DNA from: Thecamonas trahens ATCC 50062
Lineage: Eukaryota > Protista > Apusomonadida
Reading direction: 5' to 3'
Assembly: GCF_000142905.1 (NCBI RefSeq)
Contig: NW_013657671.1
Location: 372,001 to 436,000, forward strand
Length of the DNA stretch: 64,000 nt
Positions within the stretch are counted from its first letter, which is position 1, and each line of letters begins with the position of its first letter. Below are positions 34,206 through 46,900 of this stretch, piece after piece. The notes below the pieces were generated by a model, which made no database searches, was not told where the DNA came from, and saw only the letters and a list, made by a program, of their open reading frames with translations. The position numbers were made by a program, and so were the translations under genes.

Positions 34206-37200
34206 TTAATCGGTGTTCCGGAAAAAGATGAGCGCGCCTGAAAACGTAAAGTACAGCAGATCAAACTCGCGCTTGAAAACACGCAGCTTGTCGAGGGTGA
34301 GCCTGGCAGTCTCGACGTCGGCGCGCTTCTTGGAGCGGGCAGCGGCACCGTCGGCGACCTTGGCCTCCTGCTCGGCGACGCGGGCCGAGACGGCGTCGAA
34401 CCAGTGTAGGGCGTCAAAGGCTTTGGTGAGGCCGAGGACCTGCAGGATGTAGGCGAGGCCCATGGCAAAGCCGTCGTCGGTAAAGGCAGCCCCGTCCTTG
34501 TTCTTCTTGAGCAGGCGCTCCTTGGACTCGCGCATGTACTCGACGTAGTTGATGGTGAGCGGCGGGATGATGATGAAAAAGTTGGCGAGAAAGGCGAGGT
34601 CCGGATGCGCAAACTCGGTGGAGAATAGGTCGACGAGGATCTTAAAGTAGTCGGAGCCCTCGGCAAAGTTCTCGGCGAGCGACGAGAGGTGCGAGTCAAG
34701 AAGGCGGGCGGCGTCGCGCGACTGGGCCGAGAGCCCGTCCTCGACCACCATGTCCTGAAAGGCGAGCATGTCGACAATGTCGGGCACAAACTTGATTTCT
34801 GACGCGGTGGCGTGAAGGCCGCCCGAGCGGATCATGCGGATGTAGCCCATGGCGTTGCCGATGTGGGTGATAAGGATGCGGAACTGGTCGAGGTACGAGA
34901 GCCCGCCCTGCGTGCCGAGGTTGCGGATGTCGCGGTGGAACTGGAGCGCGCGCTCGTATGGATAGACGTTTCCGAGCGCCTCGGCGTTCTTCTTGTAGAA
35001 CGAGATGTCCTTCATCAGCCGCGAGCGGATAGTGTCGTCAAAGAGAAAGTGCTTGAACGTGGTGAACTGGTCCTTGAGAAAGCCAAAGACGTAGTTGACA
35101 GCAGTGTTCATGACGCCGGCGCCGTGGGTCCGGATCGACGCCGCAATGTGCGAGATGTCGATGGCGTTGAGCGCCTTGGACGCCGCGCTCCGCTCGATGA
35201 AGAACTGGTTGTTGAGGTTGTAGTTGTACCGCGCCACAAACGCGCCGATGTTGCGCATGATGACCAGGACGTCGAGCATCTTCTGCTGGTTGTGCCCGCG
35301 GAGGTGCGACGGCGTGCACTCGAGGCCCCACTTGGCCGCCGCCAGGTTGCGCATCTCCTCGTACACCTTCCAGTCCTGGAGTGCGACCGCGGTCAGGTCG
35401 TAGAACATGACGTTGAGGTAGTGGGTCACCTCGTCCTTGACGTCGTACACCCGGTCAAAGAGGACCATGGGCTTGAGCGCAAAGTACGGCGCAAAGTCGC
35501 GGGTTCCCTCAAACGGAGTCTTCTTCACCACCAGCAGCTCCGAGTGCGACGCCAGCCGCAGCTCGACCTCGACGTCGCGCGCCAGCGGCTCCAAAAGTGG
35601 TCCTTGATGTATCCGTCGACCTCGTCCACAAACGAGGCGAGCGAAACATTCTCGTTAAAGTCCTCAACCTTGGCCAGCAGCGCCGCCGCGTCCTGCAGCG
35701 CCGCAAACATGTACGGGAGCTTGTGGACCGTGGCCGGCGACGTGTACGCGTCCTTGAGGTATGTCGGGAGAATGACCCGCGACCAGTACACAAACGAGGT
35801 CTCGGTCGCCAGGTACAGGTTCCGTTGCAGCGAGCAGAGCATGTCCAGCCGCCGCAGCTGCGCGCTTAGCTCGCGGGCCGCGTCCGGCGGAATGACCGAC
35901 TTTGAGTTGGCCACCGCGAGGCCGAGGTGCAGCAGCATCCGCCGCGCCTCTGATGCTGGCCCATCCAGCATCGCCAGCGCGAGGTTAACGCCCCCGAGCG
36001 CATCGAGCACAGTGTTGTCCACTCGCCGCGCCTGCTCCAGCGAGCTCTTGATGGGCGCGAGCGAGGCCTGCAGCGCAAGCGTCATTTGCTGGACCATGGC
36101 CCCGAGGTTGTCGGCAATGAGCGGCGACCGGCGGTAGTAGGTGTGCTCGATGGCCTTGAGCAGCTCGAGCATCTGGCAGAGGGCCATGATCCGCGACGGC
36201 GTGAGCGGCTTGCGAAGGAGTGTGTGCAGGCCCATCGCTGTTTTGTACATGTGGCCGATGTTGTATGCAAGCACAATGCCTTGCGTAAACAGCTGGATCC
36301 GCGAGTTGAGCAGCGCCGAGAGCGAGGCTCGCGCGTCGAGGTCCGACTCCATCCGCACCTGCCACCCGGAGACCTGCTCGTGGAACTCGCGCGCGAGTGA
36401 AGGCAGCTCCGAAGCCAGCCGCGAGAGGTATGCTCCGCGTGCCGCGTTGACATCGCCCGACTTGGCCACGGCACCCATCAACTCGGGAACCGTCAGCGCT
36501 AGAAAATCGGTCGGGACCCAGACCACGTTGCCGTAGAGGTGAATGAGCGGGACGACCGTGTACGCCTCCCACAGCGACTTGAACAGCGAGCCGAGCCGCG
36601 TCTCCTGGTAAAGCGTAAAGTAGAGACCAAACAAGCCGCACAGCGCCACGTACTGCCCGCGCTCGGTCGTCTCCGACGGCGAGCCCAACCGTGACGCCAC
36701 GTCCTGGTACCACGTGTTGAGCGTGTAGCCAAACTCGGCCTTGAACGTCGGGTTTGTCGTTACGTTGACAATGTCTTCGTAGTCGAAGACCTGCTCCACG
36801 CAGTTCTGGTACACCATGTCGTCAAAGAGCGTCGTGTCGATGTCGCCCAGCGTCCGATTGAGCAGCCGCAGCTCGTCCTCATCAGTGTCGTACGTCTCGG
36901 GATCGTTGCGCATGTTGTTCACCATCCGCCTGTACAGCACCCAGCCGTCCTTAAGCCGCGCATTCTGCTTGATAATCTCTTCGAGCGTGATGAGGACCCG
37001 GAGCACCGTACCGATGGCCTCAAACGCCGGCCGCAGGTGGATGTCGCGGACAACGAAAAAGGTCTGCGCCGGCGAGTAGAGCGACGCCAGCTGGTGGACA
37101 AGGTTGCGGACCACATCGTACGCCCGCCGCACAAACACACACACAGACTGCAGCAGCGGCAGCAGCCGGCCCATCGCCACCTGCGTCTCGCCATCATCGG

Positions 37201-37927
37201 CGTCCTCGTCGCCTGTCAGCGCTTCACCATGCATCGCCAGCGGAGCAAAGACCTGAGTGGCAGCCTCGGACTCGAGCAGCGCAGCCTCTGACTGCAGTGC
37301 CCCAAGCGTCGCCACAATCTTGTTCAGCACCTTGTTCTCGGTCCCAGCCAGCTCCAGAAACGTGGCCTGCTCTGTCGGCGTCACATCCACCGCCAGCGCA
37401 GATCGATCGACACACCACAGCGGGCTCGACGACGTGCCCAGCGCCTCCTCGATCGAGCTCAGCTGCGACGAGTACGCCTGCACAAAGTGCTGAAACTTGG
37501 ACGTCACAAACTGAGAAGCCTTGGCAGCAGACTCTGTCCCCCCAACCAGCCAGCCAGTAGTAGCCCCCGTTCCCCCCCCCCCCCCTCACAGCTTTATGAG
37601 TTCCCAGCTGCGCGACCCAAGTCCGACCATGTGGGCCAGCACCAGCAGCCATGCGGTGGTGGCAGTGGCCTCCCCTCCCTCCCACCTCCCCTCTTCCCCG
37701 TACTCCCGCGTGCGCCCGTGACTTTCTCCCTGCCTGGCGACAAGCCCCCCCTCCCCCCCCCCCTCCCCCTCCTCCCCTTACCACCCCCACCCCTAATCCC
37801 TCCACCCGTCACCCGCCACCCGCCACATACCCTCGTCAACAAGGTCAAACTCTTCGTCCGAACCAGAGTACGCATAGTCCTCGTACGAGTCGAAGGGAGC
37901 GTCACGCAGCCCTCCGCGCCGTGCCAT
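34206..37927 (-). CDS. WASHC4: WASH complex subunit 4 (SWIP/WASH7); exons 37927-37831 and 37533-34206; frameshift at 35593-35596
   Basis: 'YNYNLNNQFFIER', 'SIRTHGAGVMNTAVN', 'IGNAMGYIRMIRSGG', 'FTDDGFAMGLAYIL'. Intron 37534-37830 (GTATGT...CAG). One extra T gives DHFLEPLARDVE. Confidence 0.92.
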
Positions 37928-38000
37928 GACCTCTGAGCGTCGAGTGGTGGCCCAAACTGCTGTTTCCGGAGTGGTCGGTCGGCCTCTTCACCCGCCTCAC

Positions 38001-38037
<37 letters not shown>

Positions 38038-38078
38038 TCTCTCTCTCTCTCATTCTCTGTCTCCTTCCCCTTCACCTG

Positions 38079-38960
38079 CTACGCATCGTACCCCGGAGTA
38101 ACGTCAGCCATCTTGACAATGTTCTCGACCAGGAGCTCACCGGCGACGGTATCGCGGGCATCGGACGCAAAGACAATAGACTCGGTGTCAAAGCCCATGG
38201 TCTCGATGACGACTAGCGACTCAACGGGTGAGATGCCTGCGGCGGCCAGGCTCTGCCGACCGGCCTTCCACGCCTTTTCGATCATGCACGCCACACCGCC
38301 GACCGTCGCTCCGGTCTCCTTGACCATCTCGGCGAGGGTGAGGATGGTATGGCCGGTGGCGAGGAACGAGTCGACGATGAGGACGACGTCCGAGGCATCA
38401 AAGTACTCGGATGAGAGGTAGAGCTTGCCCGGGAGCGCTGCGCCTTTGCGGCGGTATGGCTTGGTGATGATCGACGCCGGCAAAGGGCCACGGAGCAGCT
38501 TCTTGCGAGCGTACACAAGGTCAATGTTGAGGCAGGTCGCGACGACAAAGCCAGTCACGATGCCGGCCGTCTCGACCGTCACCACCTTGGTGATGCCTGC
38601 ATCGGCAAACCGCTGCGCAATCGTCTCGCCGCACATGTACATGGCCATGGTATCGACCCTGTGCGACATAAAGCCATCAACCCGCAAGTTGGGCGTCGTC
38701 GAAGCCGGCGACGCCGACACGGCCTCGCCCGCCGTCGTCTCGCCCGTTTTGCCCACATCCTCGCCACGCTTCCGCTTCTTGTTCACCGGACCGGCTCCAT
38801 CATCCTCGCCCGTCGCCACCTCTACCATTGCTCCAACTCCAGTCTCGGTACCAGCTCCAGTCTCCACACCCGTACCAGCGCCAGCCTCCACTGCCGCACC
38901 GGCCGGCTGACCTCCGTCCTCGCTGCTGCTAGCACCTTGTGCAGAGCTTGTATTCGACAT
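38079..38960 (-). CDS. xpt: Xanthine phosphoribosyltransferase-like protein (Bacillus Xpt type) with N-terminal extension
   Basis: 'LRVDGFMSHRVD', 'ITKVVTVETAGI', 'VYARKK', PRPP loop 'VLIVDSFLATG', 'IEKAWKAGR'. Confidence 0.8.
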   Translation of the reverse strand: MSNTSSAQGASSSEDGGQPAGAAVEAGAGTGVETGAGTETGVGAMVEVATGEDDGAGPVNKKRKRGEDVGKTGETTAGEAVSASPASTTPNLRVDGFMSHRVDTMAMYMCGETIAQRFADAGITKVVTVETAGIVTGFVVATCLNIDLVYARKKLLRGPLPASIITKPYRRKGAALPGKLYLSSEYFDASDVVLIVDSFLATGHTILTLAEMVKETGATVGGVACMIEKAWKAGRQSLAAAGISPVESLVVIETMGFDTESIVFASDARDTVAGELLVENIVKMADVTPGYDA

Positions 38961-39458
38961 AGACACCAACGAAATACCTCTGTAAGATCCTCTGCTGCTA
39001 CTGCTGTCACCGACGGGGTGTGAGTGCAGCTGTGTAGTGCAGTGGGCCACTCTCCCCTCCCCTCCCGCGCTGTGTCTGTGTCTGCACTTGCCCGACTATA
39101 TGACGGCTAGCCGCAGTCGCAGCCCCCGGGAAGGCCCAGCACCAGACCACGATGTTGCAACGAAGGCGATGATCACTTGGCATGCAAAGCCACCACCACC
39201 AATGATCGATCTCCACATGTGGCCACCCCGAAAAACTTCCAATCAATCCCCCCATCCCCGCGCGTACCTCGCTTGGCCCCACTGCATGCCCCAGCTGTCT
39301 TGCTCTCTGCTCTCTGCCTGTGTTTGCTTGCTCACGGCTTGCAACCAAACGTGACCAACCCAGGTTAGCACGCACCCCCCCCCCCCCCCTACGACCATCA
39401 CCCCACTCCCGCCACCAAGCCCAGACCCTCAACACCCACCCACGCCCCACAACCAGTC

Positions 39459-42400
39459 ATGGCTGAAGAAGCACCACCGCCAGTACCACCGGGTGTGGTC
39501 GACAAGTTCGCCCTCTTTACCATGGCTATCGACGACGTCGAGTCGCTCAACCTGTCGCTCGCACTGGGACCTCCGCCAGAGGCCAAGGAGGAGAGGAAGC
39601 AAGGACCAGGAGAAGCAGAGCGGGGAAAGGTCATCAACTTGGCAGATGCTATGCGCCGCTGGGCAAAGTTCTCGGCATCTGCCACTGTCATCCAGCGTGC
39701 TGTCCGCTCGTGGCTCGCCCGCCGCGGCTTCCGCGCGCGCGCCCCGCTGGAGATCATGGCAGCCAAGGCCGAGGCCGAGTCTGTGCTCCTCGCAGATCGC
39801 CGCGCTGCTGCGGTGAACGAGCTGATTGAGACCGAAGAGGCTTACCTCAACAAGCTCCGCCTGCTCCGTACCTTTTACATTGAGCCGCTCACCGACATGC
39901 TTGCAGAGTCCAAGCCGCTGCTCTCGGCCTCACAGCTTCGCAGCTTGACGTCCACCCTCGATCCGCTCCTCAAGCTCACCGAGACCACGCTTGGCAAGCT
40001 TCACGCAGCCGTTGAGGCGGCCGGCGGTGATCTGACGCGCGCCGCGGTAGGCGCTGCACTTGCCGAGCTCGTCCCCTACCTCAAACAGTACAAGGCGTAC
40101 GCCAACAACTACCAGTACGTCATGGCTGTGCTGGAGACGGCCAAGGCCGACTCGTCCGCCATGGCCAAGTTTCTTGACGATGCCTACCATGCCTCGGGCC
40201 GCAACCCGTACTCGATGCTCCTAATGCAGCCGATCCAGCGGCTGCCGCGGTACCTGCTACTGTTCAAAGTGGTTTTCAAAGCGACTCCCGCGACCCACCC
40301 CGACACCGTCCCTGTTAGCGACATCATCACTTCGCTCGAGGAAGTTCTCGTCGACGTCGACGCCGAGGTCTCACGCGCTCGCAACGTCAACACCATGCTC
40401 GCGCTGCAGGAGCGGCTGACCGGCGCGGCGCCCATCCTCGTCGCCGACTCCCGCGCGCTTGTCCACCAGGGCCTGCTTGTCCTGGCCTCGGGCGACGTTC
40501 GTGAGGCCTTTCTCTTTACCGACATGCTCCTGCTTTGCACGCAGGTCAAGTCGGGGCCCAAGCTCAAGGTCAAGGACGTCCTAGCTGTGCCCACCATGTA
40601 CGTCACCGGCCTGCCTGATGATGCCGAGGACAGATCAGAGCTTGGCTTCCGCATCGTCGCCGTCTCCAAAGTCATCACTGTCTTTGCGAGGAATGCTGAC
40701 GACCGCGCAGACTGGATCACCGCTGTCCTCACCCTCGTCGCCGACCACGTTCGCCGTGACCCCTCGCTCGTCGCCGCCCGCCGGCCGTCGCCCGAAGCCA
40801 GCGATGGCACAGGCAGTGCCAACATCCCACCGGCCCTTATTCCGTCGTCAGTCCACCCGACACCGTCGATTGAGCTGCCGGCGCTCGACGTCGACAACCT
40901 CCGCTCCATCTTTACCATCCGCTACCTCCGCGCCTCGGTCCTTGCCGAGTACGAGGGCGTGCTCTCCAAGCGCGGCGTCCGCAACACCAGCTTCCGCAAG
41001 CGAACCTTTATCCTCCTCGACAAGTTCCTCTACTACTTTAAGAGCACCAAAAAGGCGGCCGTACCTGCCGGTGTCATCCCGCTCACCCGTACCTCGCTTG
41101 TTCAGTCGCGCGAGTCGGCAAACTCGTCGCAGGGCGGGCCCGTCTTTTTGACATTGCACACAAGGAGCGGCGCACCTTTCACCTCCAGGCCCGCTCGTTT
41201 GCCGAGTATATCGACCTCAAGCAAGCTGTCCACAAGTCACTCGAGACCCCACTCAAGATCCCCGGCCCCGGCTTTGAGTTCCTACTCTCGAACATGGTGG
41301 GCAAGGATTGCACCAATGCCGTCGTCAACCAGGCCGTCCAGCAGCTCGCCGCCTTTACCCTCGCGCCAATCTCGGACAAGCGCTATACAATCATCAACCG
41401 CACTGGCCTAGACAACGTCGTAGGGGCGATCTGCCACGTCCTCACCACCACCGTTGCCGAGGACGCAGCCAAGTACGCATGTGTCTGCATCCGCAACCTG
41501 GCCCACTCGCGCGAGACTGCAGCCGCCATCCATGACGTCGCCGTCCCGTCGCTGATCTGGATCCTCCTCCGCACCGCACCCTACGTTACGCCGATCGTCA
41601 AGCGTGAGGCCGTCTATGCCCTTCTCCACATCAACACCCTCTCCCAGCCGATCCTCTACGCCGAGACCCGTGCCGAGTCGCTCTCCACGGCTGTACTCAA
41701 GTACCTTGCCTCTACCTCGCACGTCGCCGGCGACCCGCTCTCCATTGAGGTCGTTTCGGCCATGTTCGCCGACGTCGCGTCCAAGGCCTTCCGCCGCACC
41801 GCCGTCCTCAACAAGCCCAACTTTGCCAACGTGGTCACTACCCTTCTCCGCCTCTCTGACTACCCGGCAACTGCGGCCCATGCCGCATCGGCCCTCGGCT
41901 CGCTCGCCTCACACTCGACCATGTGCCAGCAGCTTCGTTCTGCCGGAAAGACCTCGCTGCTCGAACTCAACGCCGAGTGGGCCGCACTGTTGGTGAGCCA
42001 CCTCAGCTCGGACAAGATCTATCTCGTCCGGGCCGCGCTCCTCGCCATCCGCAACTTGATCTCGCGCTCGGTCGTACCGCGTGCCTCGGCCACCACCGCC
42101 GTCCGTCGCCTCCTTGCTGCCGGTCTCCTCCCGCAAGTTACCACCATTGCTCGTGGTGAGCACGAGACGGACGTCCGCAACGGCTGCCGCCTCCACGCCC
42201 TCGCCCTGCTTGTCTCGCTTACCGCCTACGACACGCCGATGACCTCGTTGCTGGACTCGGGCGGCCTCGAGCTTGTGCGGAGTGTGCTTGCCGACGTCTC
42301 CGCCGCTCTTGACTCTGCATCTGATGGCTCTGCGCTTGACGCGACGCTGATCAAGCTGCTGTGCCTCGGAGGTTCGAGCGGACCAAGCCGTATCTTGGAC

Positions 42401-43705
42401 ACAGCGCTGTTTGACGACCCCGACTACGAGCCAGGCCTGGTCTCTGGCGAGGCCGCAGGCTATGCGCTCGACCTCCTCACCCACCTCACGTCGACGCCAC
42501 TCTTCTCGGTAGCAGCGCTGCCGTCCTTGATGATGCCTGGCGGGCGGGCATCGTCGCTGGTTCCGGCCTCGGCCATACCCAATCTGGCCGACGCCGCCCT
42601 TGCCTTTGACCCATTGGCGCTCTGGGCGCTTCTCTCCCAGCTGGCCAAGAACTCCGTGCTGCCGATTAATGTCCGCAGCCGTGCTCTCGCCTCGCTGTCT
42701 CGCGGGCTCTCGATCGACTTTGGGGAGAGCCGCGCCGCCATCGCCGGCTCACTTGTAGACGATGACGAGCTCCTGCAGGTCATCGCAACAGCGCTGGACT
42801 GGGAGGCGGCTCTGGCACACGCCGCTGATGTAGGGTCGCTCACTGAGAGCACCTGCGTTTTGGCACCGGAGCGGCTCGACGCGGACGTCGTCGAGTTTCT
42901 GGTCAAGTACGAGGGCATGACCCACACGCCGGCCATTGTCGCCGCCCGTGATAGTGGGACACTCTTATCGTCGTTTACTGTTCCGCCACCAGTCCTGTTC
43001 CGCGGCAGCACTGTCGAGTCGCGCCACATGCTCTCAGCCATCCAGCTCGCCATCGCTGCAGCCGATACCATCGCCGCACTCTGGGCTTCTGTCACGCCGT
43101 CGAAGCAGGCTGTTCTTGGCAAGTTTGGCAGCCTCCTCATCGATGGTGTCCTCGAGGTCCTGCCCGAGTGCAAGCTCACCGTCCGCGTCCGCGTCGCTTT
43201 TCTTCGCGCCGTGGCAGCCATCCATGGTCACACTGCCTTCCGTCCCAACCTCGAGGCGCAAATACTGCGCGCTGTCCTCGACCACCCGCTCGGCTCATCG
43301 GAGGAAGGCTCTCGGGTCTCGGCCATGCTTGCGCTCCAGGACCTGCTCCGCGCGACCTCGTTGAACGCAACCAGCGATGCTGCTGGCGAGGTTGGCGGCA
43401 GCAGGGTGAACCCAGCCGAAGCTGTGCTTGCGTCGTTTGCGCCCGGCGCGGCGCCCGATCCCGGCGCCGGACTCGCCACTTACGCCGCCCTCACTGCTCG
43501 CGCCACGCCGGGCGCCAGCATTGTGCACACTGACATGGACACGGTTGTTATTAGCAGCCCTTACAATGCATGCGGACCGACCCAGATGTCTCTCTGCGTC
43601 GGTGACCGCGTCCTCGTTGTTCACCGCGCCTCGGCCATCTGGTGGTACGGCGTCTGCGGCAACCGCCGCGGGTACTTTCCAACGTCGGCCGTGAGCCTCG
43701 ACTAA
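39459..43705 (+). CDS. RhoGEF with IQ-DH-PH-PH-ARM-like-SH3 architecture; frameshift at T-run 41145-41149
   Basis: IQ 'IQRAVRSWLARR'; DH 'ELIETEEAY...QPIQRLPRYLLL'; second PH 'EGVLSKRG..FRKRTFIL..LYYFK'. One extra T gives VFFDIAHKERRTFHLQA, in frame with ORF 41294. SH3 'WWYG..RRGYFPTSAV'. Confidence 0.82.
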
Positions 43706-43910
43706 GCCATCCTCATAGACAATCGCTTAATATTCCCCTCCCGCATACTATCTTGCAAGCGCTAAACTGATCTTGCCCTGTAAAGCCTCGACCGCCGGCC
43801 TTTGAGGCCAGGCCGCACTCCGGTCGATGACACGTTTGCAATTGAAAGGAGGGTTTGGCGGCTGGCGCTGAGGCCAACCAGCCAACCGGCACCCGTCGCC
43901 GTTGACAGCC

Positions 43911-46900
43911 ATGGCCGAGGTACGGAGGACCGTTCCCCCCTGCTCTTCCCCCTCCCCCTACGTCCCCCTTGTACACACACACACACACACAATCACTCAC
44001 TCACTTACTCACCACACACGCACTAAACCTACAGGCCAAGTATCTAAGGACGCTGTGGGCGACGCTGGTGCAAACCCAGGACGCACTGGAGCTGCATGGC
44101 GAAGCGTCGTCGGGCGGAGCGGCGGCATTGTCGGCACTGGCAAGCATGGCGCTGACAACGGCAGCAACTGGGCTCACGGCCCCTCTGACAGAGCTGGGCC
44201 ACTTTGTTGACTTTGAGCTGGAGTCTTCCGTCTCGGCGGTTACCGCCTCGGAGTTTGCGCCAACCGAGGCCCAGGCTGCTGCGCTCCCACCGGTCTCGTT
44301 CTTCCCGCTCCTTCCCTACCCGCTCGCTGCTGCGCTCACCACTCTCCTCCCGGATAGCATGCTTCAGGCCGAGGACGACCTGCTGCGACTGCGGAACATC
44401 CTCATTCTGGTCGGTGTCCGCCTCAAGCGGGACGGATTTCTCTCGCAGGCGCTCGATGCCTTTCGCGCTGCGCTCGACGTGCCCGTCGGCGTGGAAGAGG
44501 TCCAGACTGGGGTGGCCTGGCTGCTGACACAGCGCCCAGCCGCGACGTCGACGTGTTGCCTGTAGCCACCGACAAGCCGTCCGCGTTGCTCTCGATGTGC
44601 ACCATTCTCTCACAGATGGGCGAGCACGACTCGGCGCTCTCGCACGCACAGGCTGCACTGGGCTGCATCCAACGGGCCTACGAGGCCTTTTCCCCACTCG
44701 ACATTACCGCCCGTGCTGGCTGGGACGCGTTTGCGGCCGACATGGATCCGACGCGATGGCTGCCGGCGACAGCACCGCCGTCGAACGCGTCGACGCTCAA
44801 CGTGGCCGCCATCGCTCTCTACAACATCGGGGTCGAGTACGAGTACCTTGGCCGACTCGAGGCTGCGCAGTCGTCTTACGCGCTTGGAGCTGCACTTGCG
44901 CGGCATCCCTTTGGTATCAAGGCACCGGTGCTCGATCAGCTACAGAGTGCGCTGGAGGATGTCAAGGCAACGGCGGCAGCAGCAGCGGCCGCGCGGCGTG
45001 TCCGAGCTCACTCGGGCCTCTCGTCACGGCGGGGAATGCGAAACACTGCGCGGCCGTCGTCAGCGGCGTCGTCACTGTCATCGACCTCGACGCGTCCGTC
45101 TTCCTCGGCACGCGCAGCACGTGCGCGGCGGCCAACGTCGGCCACGCGGACGCCGAAGCCACTGCTGCACAACCCGCTACAGATGAATGCCCAGGCCAAC
45201 GCGGCGGCTCCGTCGCCGTACAAGGTTGACCTGGTCCGCGAGTACCAGGCCGCCGTGGAGCGACCGCGATCACGGTCGGCTGCGCGGGGTGATGACTCAC
45301 GCCCGCTGGGCTACTCGCGACCAGCAAGTCACGAGGCCAACGATCGGCGCTCGAGCTCGCAGGCAAGGGCGAGGCCGAGACCACATTCGCGACCGCGGCC
45401 GGCGGCACGCCTCGACCCGATCCGACCGGCAACACAGCCGGTTTCGCCGAGTGTTCTCCACGATGACGAGCTCTCGCCGCGGTCTCGTGCGATGCTGGAG
45501 CGGGCGATGGCGCTGTCAACCGACTCGGACGATGAGACGACACGATCGGCGGCGTCGCGGATGACACTTGAGGGATACTCGGCGTGGTGCGAGCGGTATG
45601 CTGACCAGATCCAGGCCTCGCTGGCCAACGGCAAACCCGAGAGTGATGACGGCGACTCGGTCATGTCGGGTGCGTTTTCGTTCTTACCGGAAGATGTGCT
45701 CGTTGCCTCGCACAACTCGGAACGGCCGATTGTGTTCTCGATTGCTCGCTCGGGTGCTCCCTACAACTTTCTGGCAACACCTGCTCGATCGAGTGGTCAC
45801 GACGAGAAGAGCCGGGAGAGCGGCTCTGATGCCAAGCCGTTGTCATCATCAGCCGAGGCGTCGGGGCGGGGCGCCAAGCCCAAGAGCATCATGAAGCGGA
45901 CCAAGTCCAGGAGCGGTAGCAAGCGCAAGGGACAACCAGCCTTTGACCGAAAGCACTCGCGGACGACATCGTTTGCACCGTCGACCGGGACCGAGGTGCT
46001 CGACTCTGGACGGACACCGCACGTCATCAAGCGGCACTTTCTGTCGATCTCGGACTTTGTGCCACCCGCGGTGATGCGGCAAGACCAGATGCGGCAAAAG
46101 AAGGAAGAGCATGAGCAGCTGAACGAACAGAGCCGGATGGAGGAGCTGGTATCGTCGGCCACACTCGAGCTTCACATCCTGTACATGCAGTGCCGCGACC
46201 TGATGCCGCGGTCGGGGACGCAGACAAGCACATCGCCGCTCCTCCTCCTCACCGTGTCGGAAGACCGGGTCCGTGATGAGACCGAGGTCCGCAAGGGCAC
46301 GCTTGACCCGATGTGGCCAGAGCCGCGGGTGTACACCCGCATCTCACCCAAGGATACACTCAGTATCGAGGTTGTCGACTGGGACGCGGCCGACGAGGCG
46401 TCGATGTCGCTGGGTGTGATCTCGCTGGCCATGTCGGACATTGAGACCGACGTCCAGCACGACCTCTGGCTCCCGCTTGTTGGCTCCGAGACCGGGCTCC
46501 TTCACATTGTGCTCGCGCTCACGACGCCTGACGCACCGGCGTCGGTCCTCTCACGCGATAAGCTCACTGCCAATTTTAACGTCAAGGCCGATCCGGTGCC
46601 CATCGACATTTGCCTTGTCGGCGCCAAGGCGCTCGACCCGGACGGGCGTGTTGCTGCGGCCGTCGCCTCGCACACCCAGGCGGTGTGGCGTGACTCTGAG
46701 GCTAGCGAGGAGGGAGACAAGACCATGACTCGGCAGGCATCTCTCTCAACCATGTCTGTTGGCTCGCCGGAGCTGCAGGCAGTGGTCAAGGGCTTGGCGG
46801 CTACCATCAACCCTTCTGTCGAGCTCATTCTGGCCAACCAGATCTTCTGCACGCCGACGGCGAGCAAGACGGTTGCGCCGACGTGGAACACCAAATTCCT

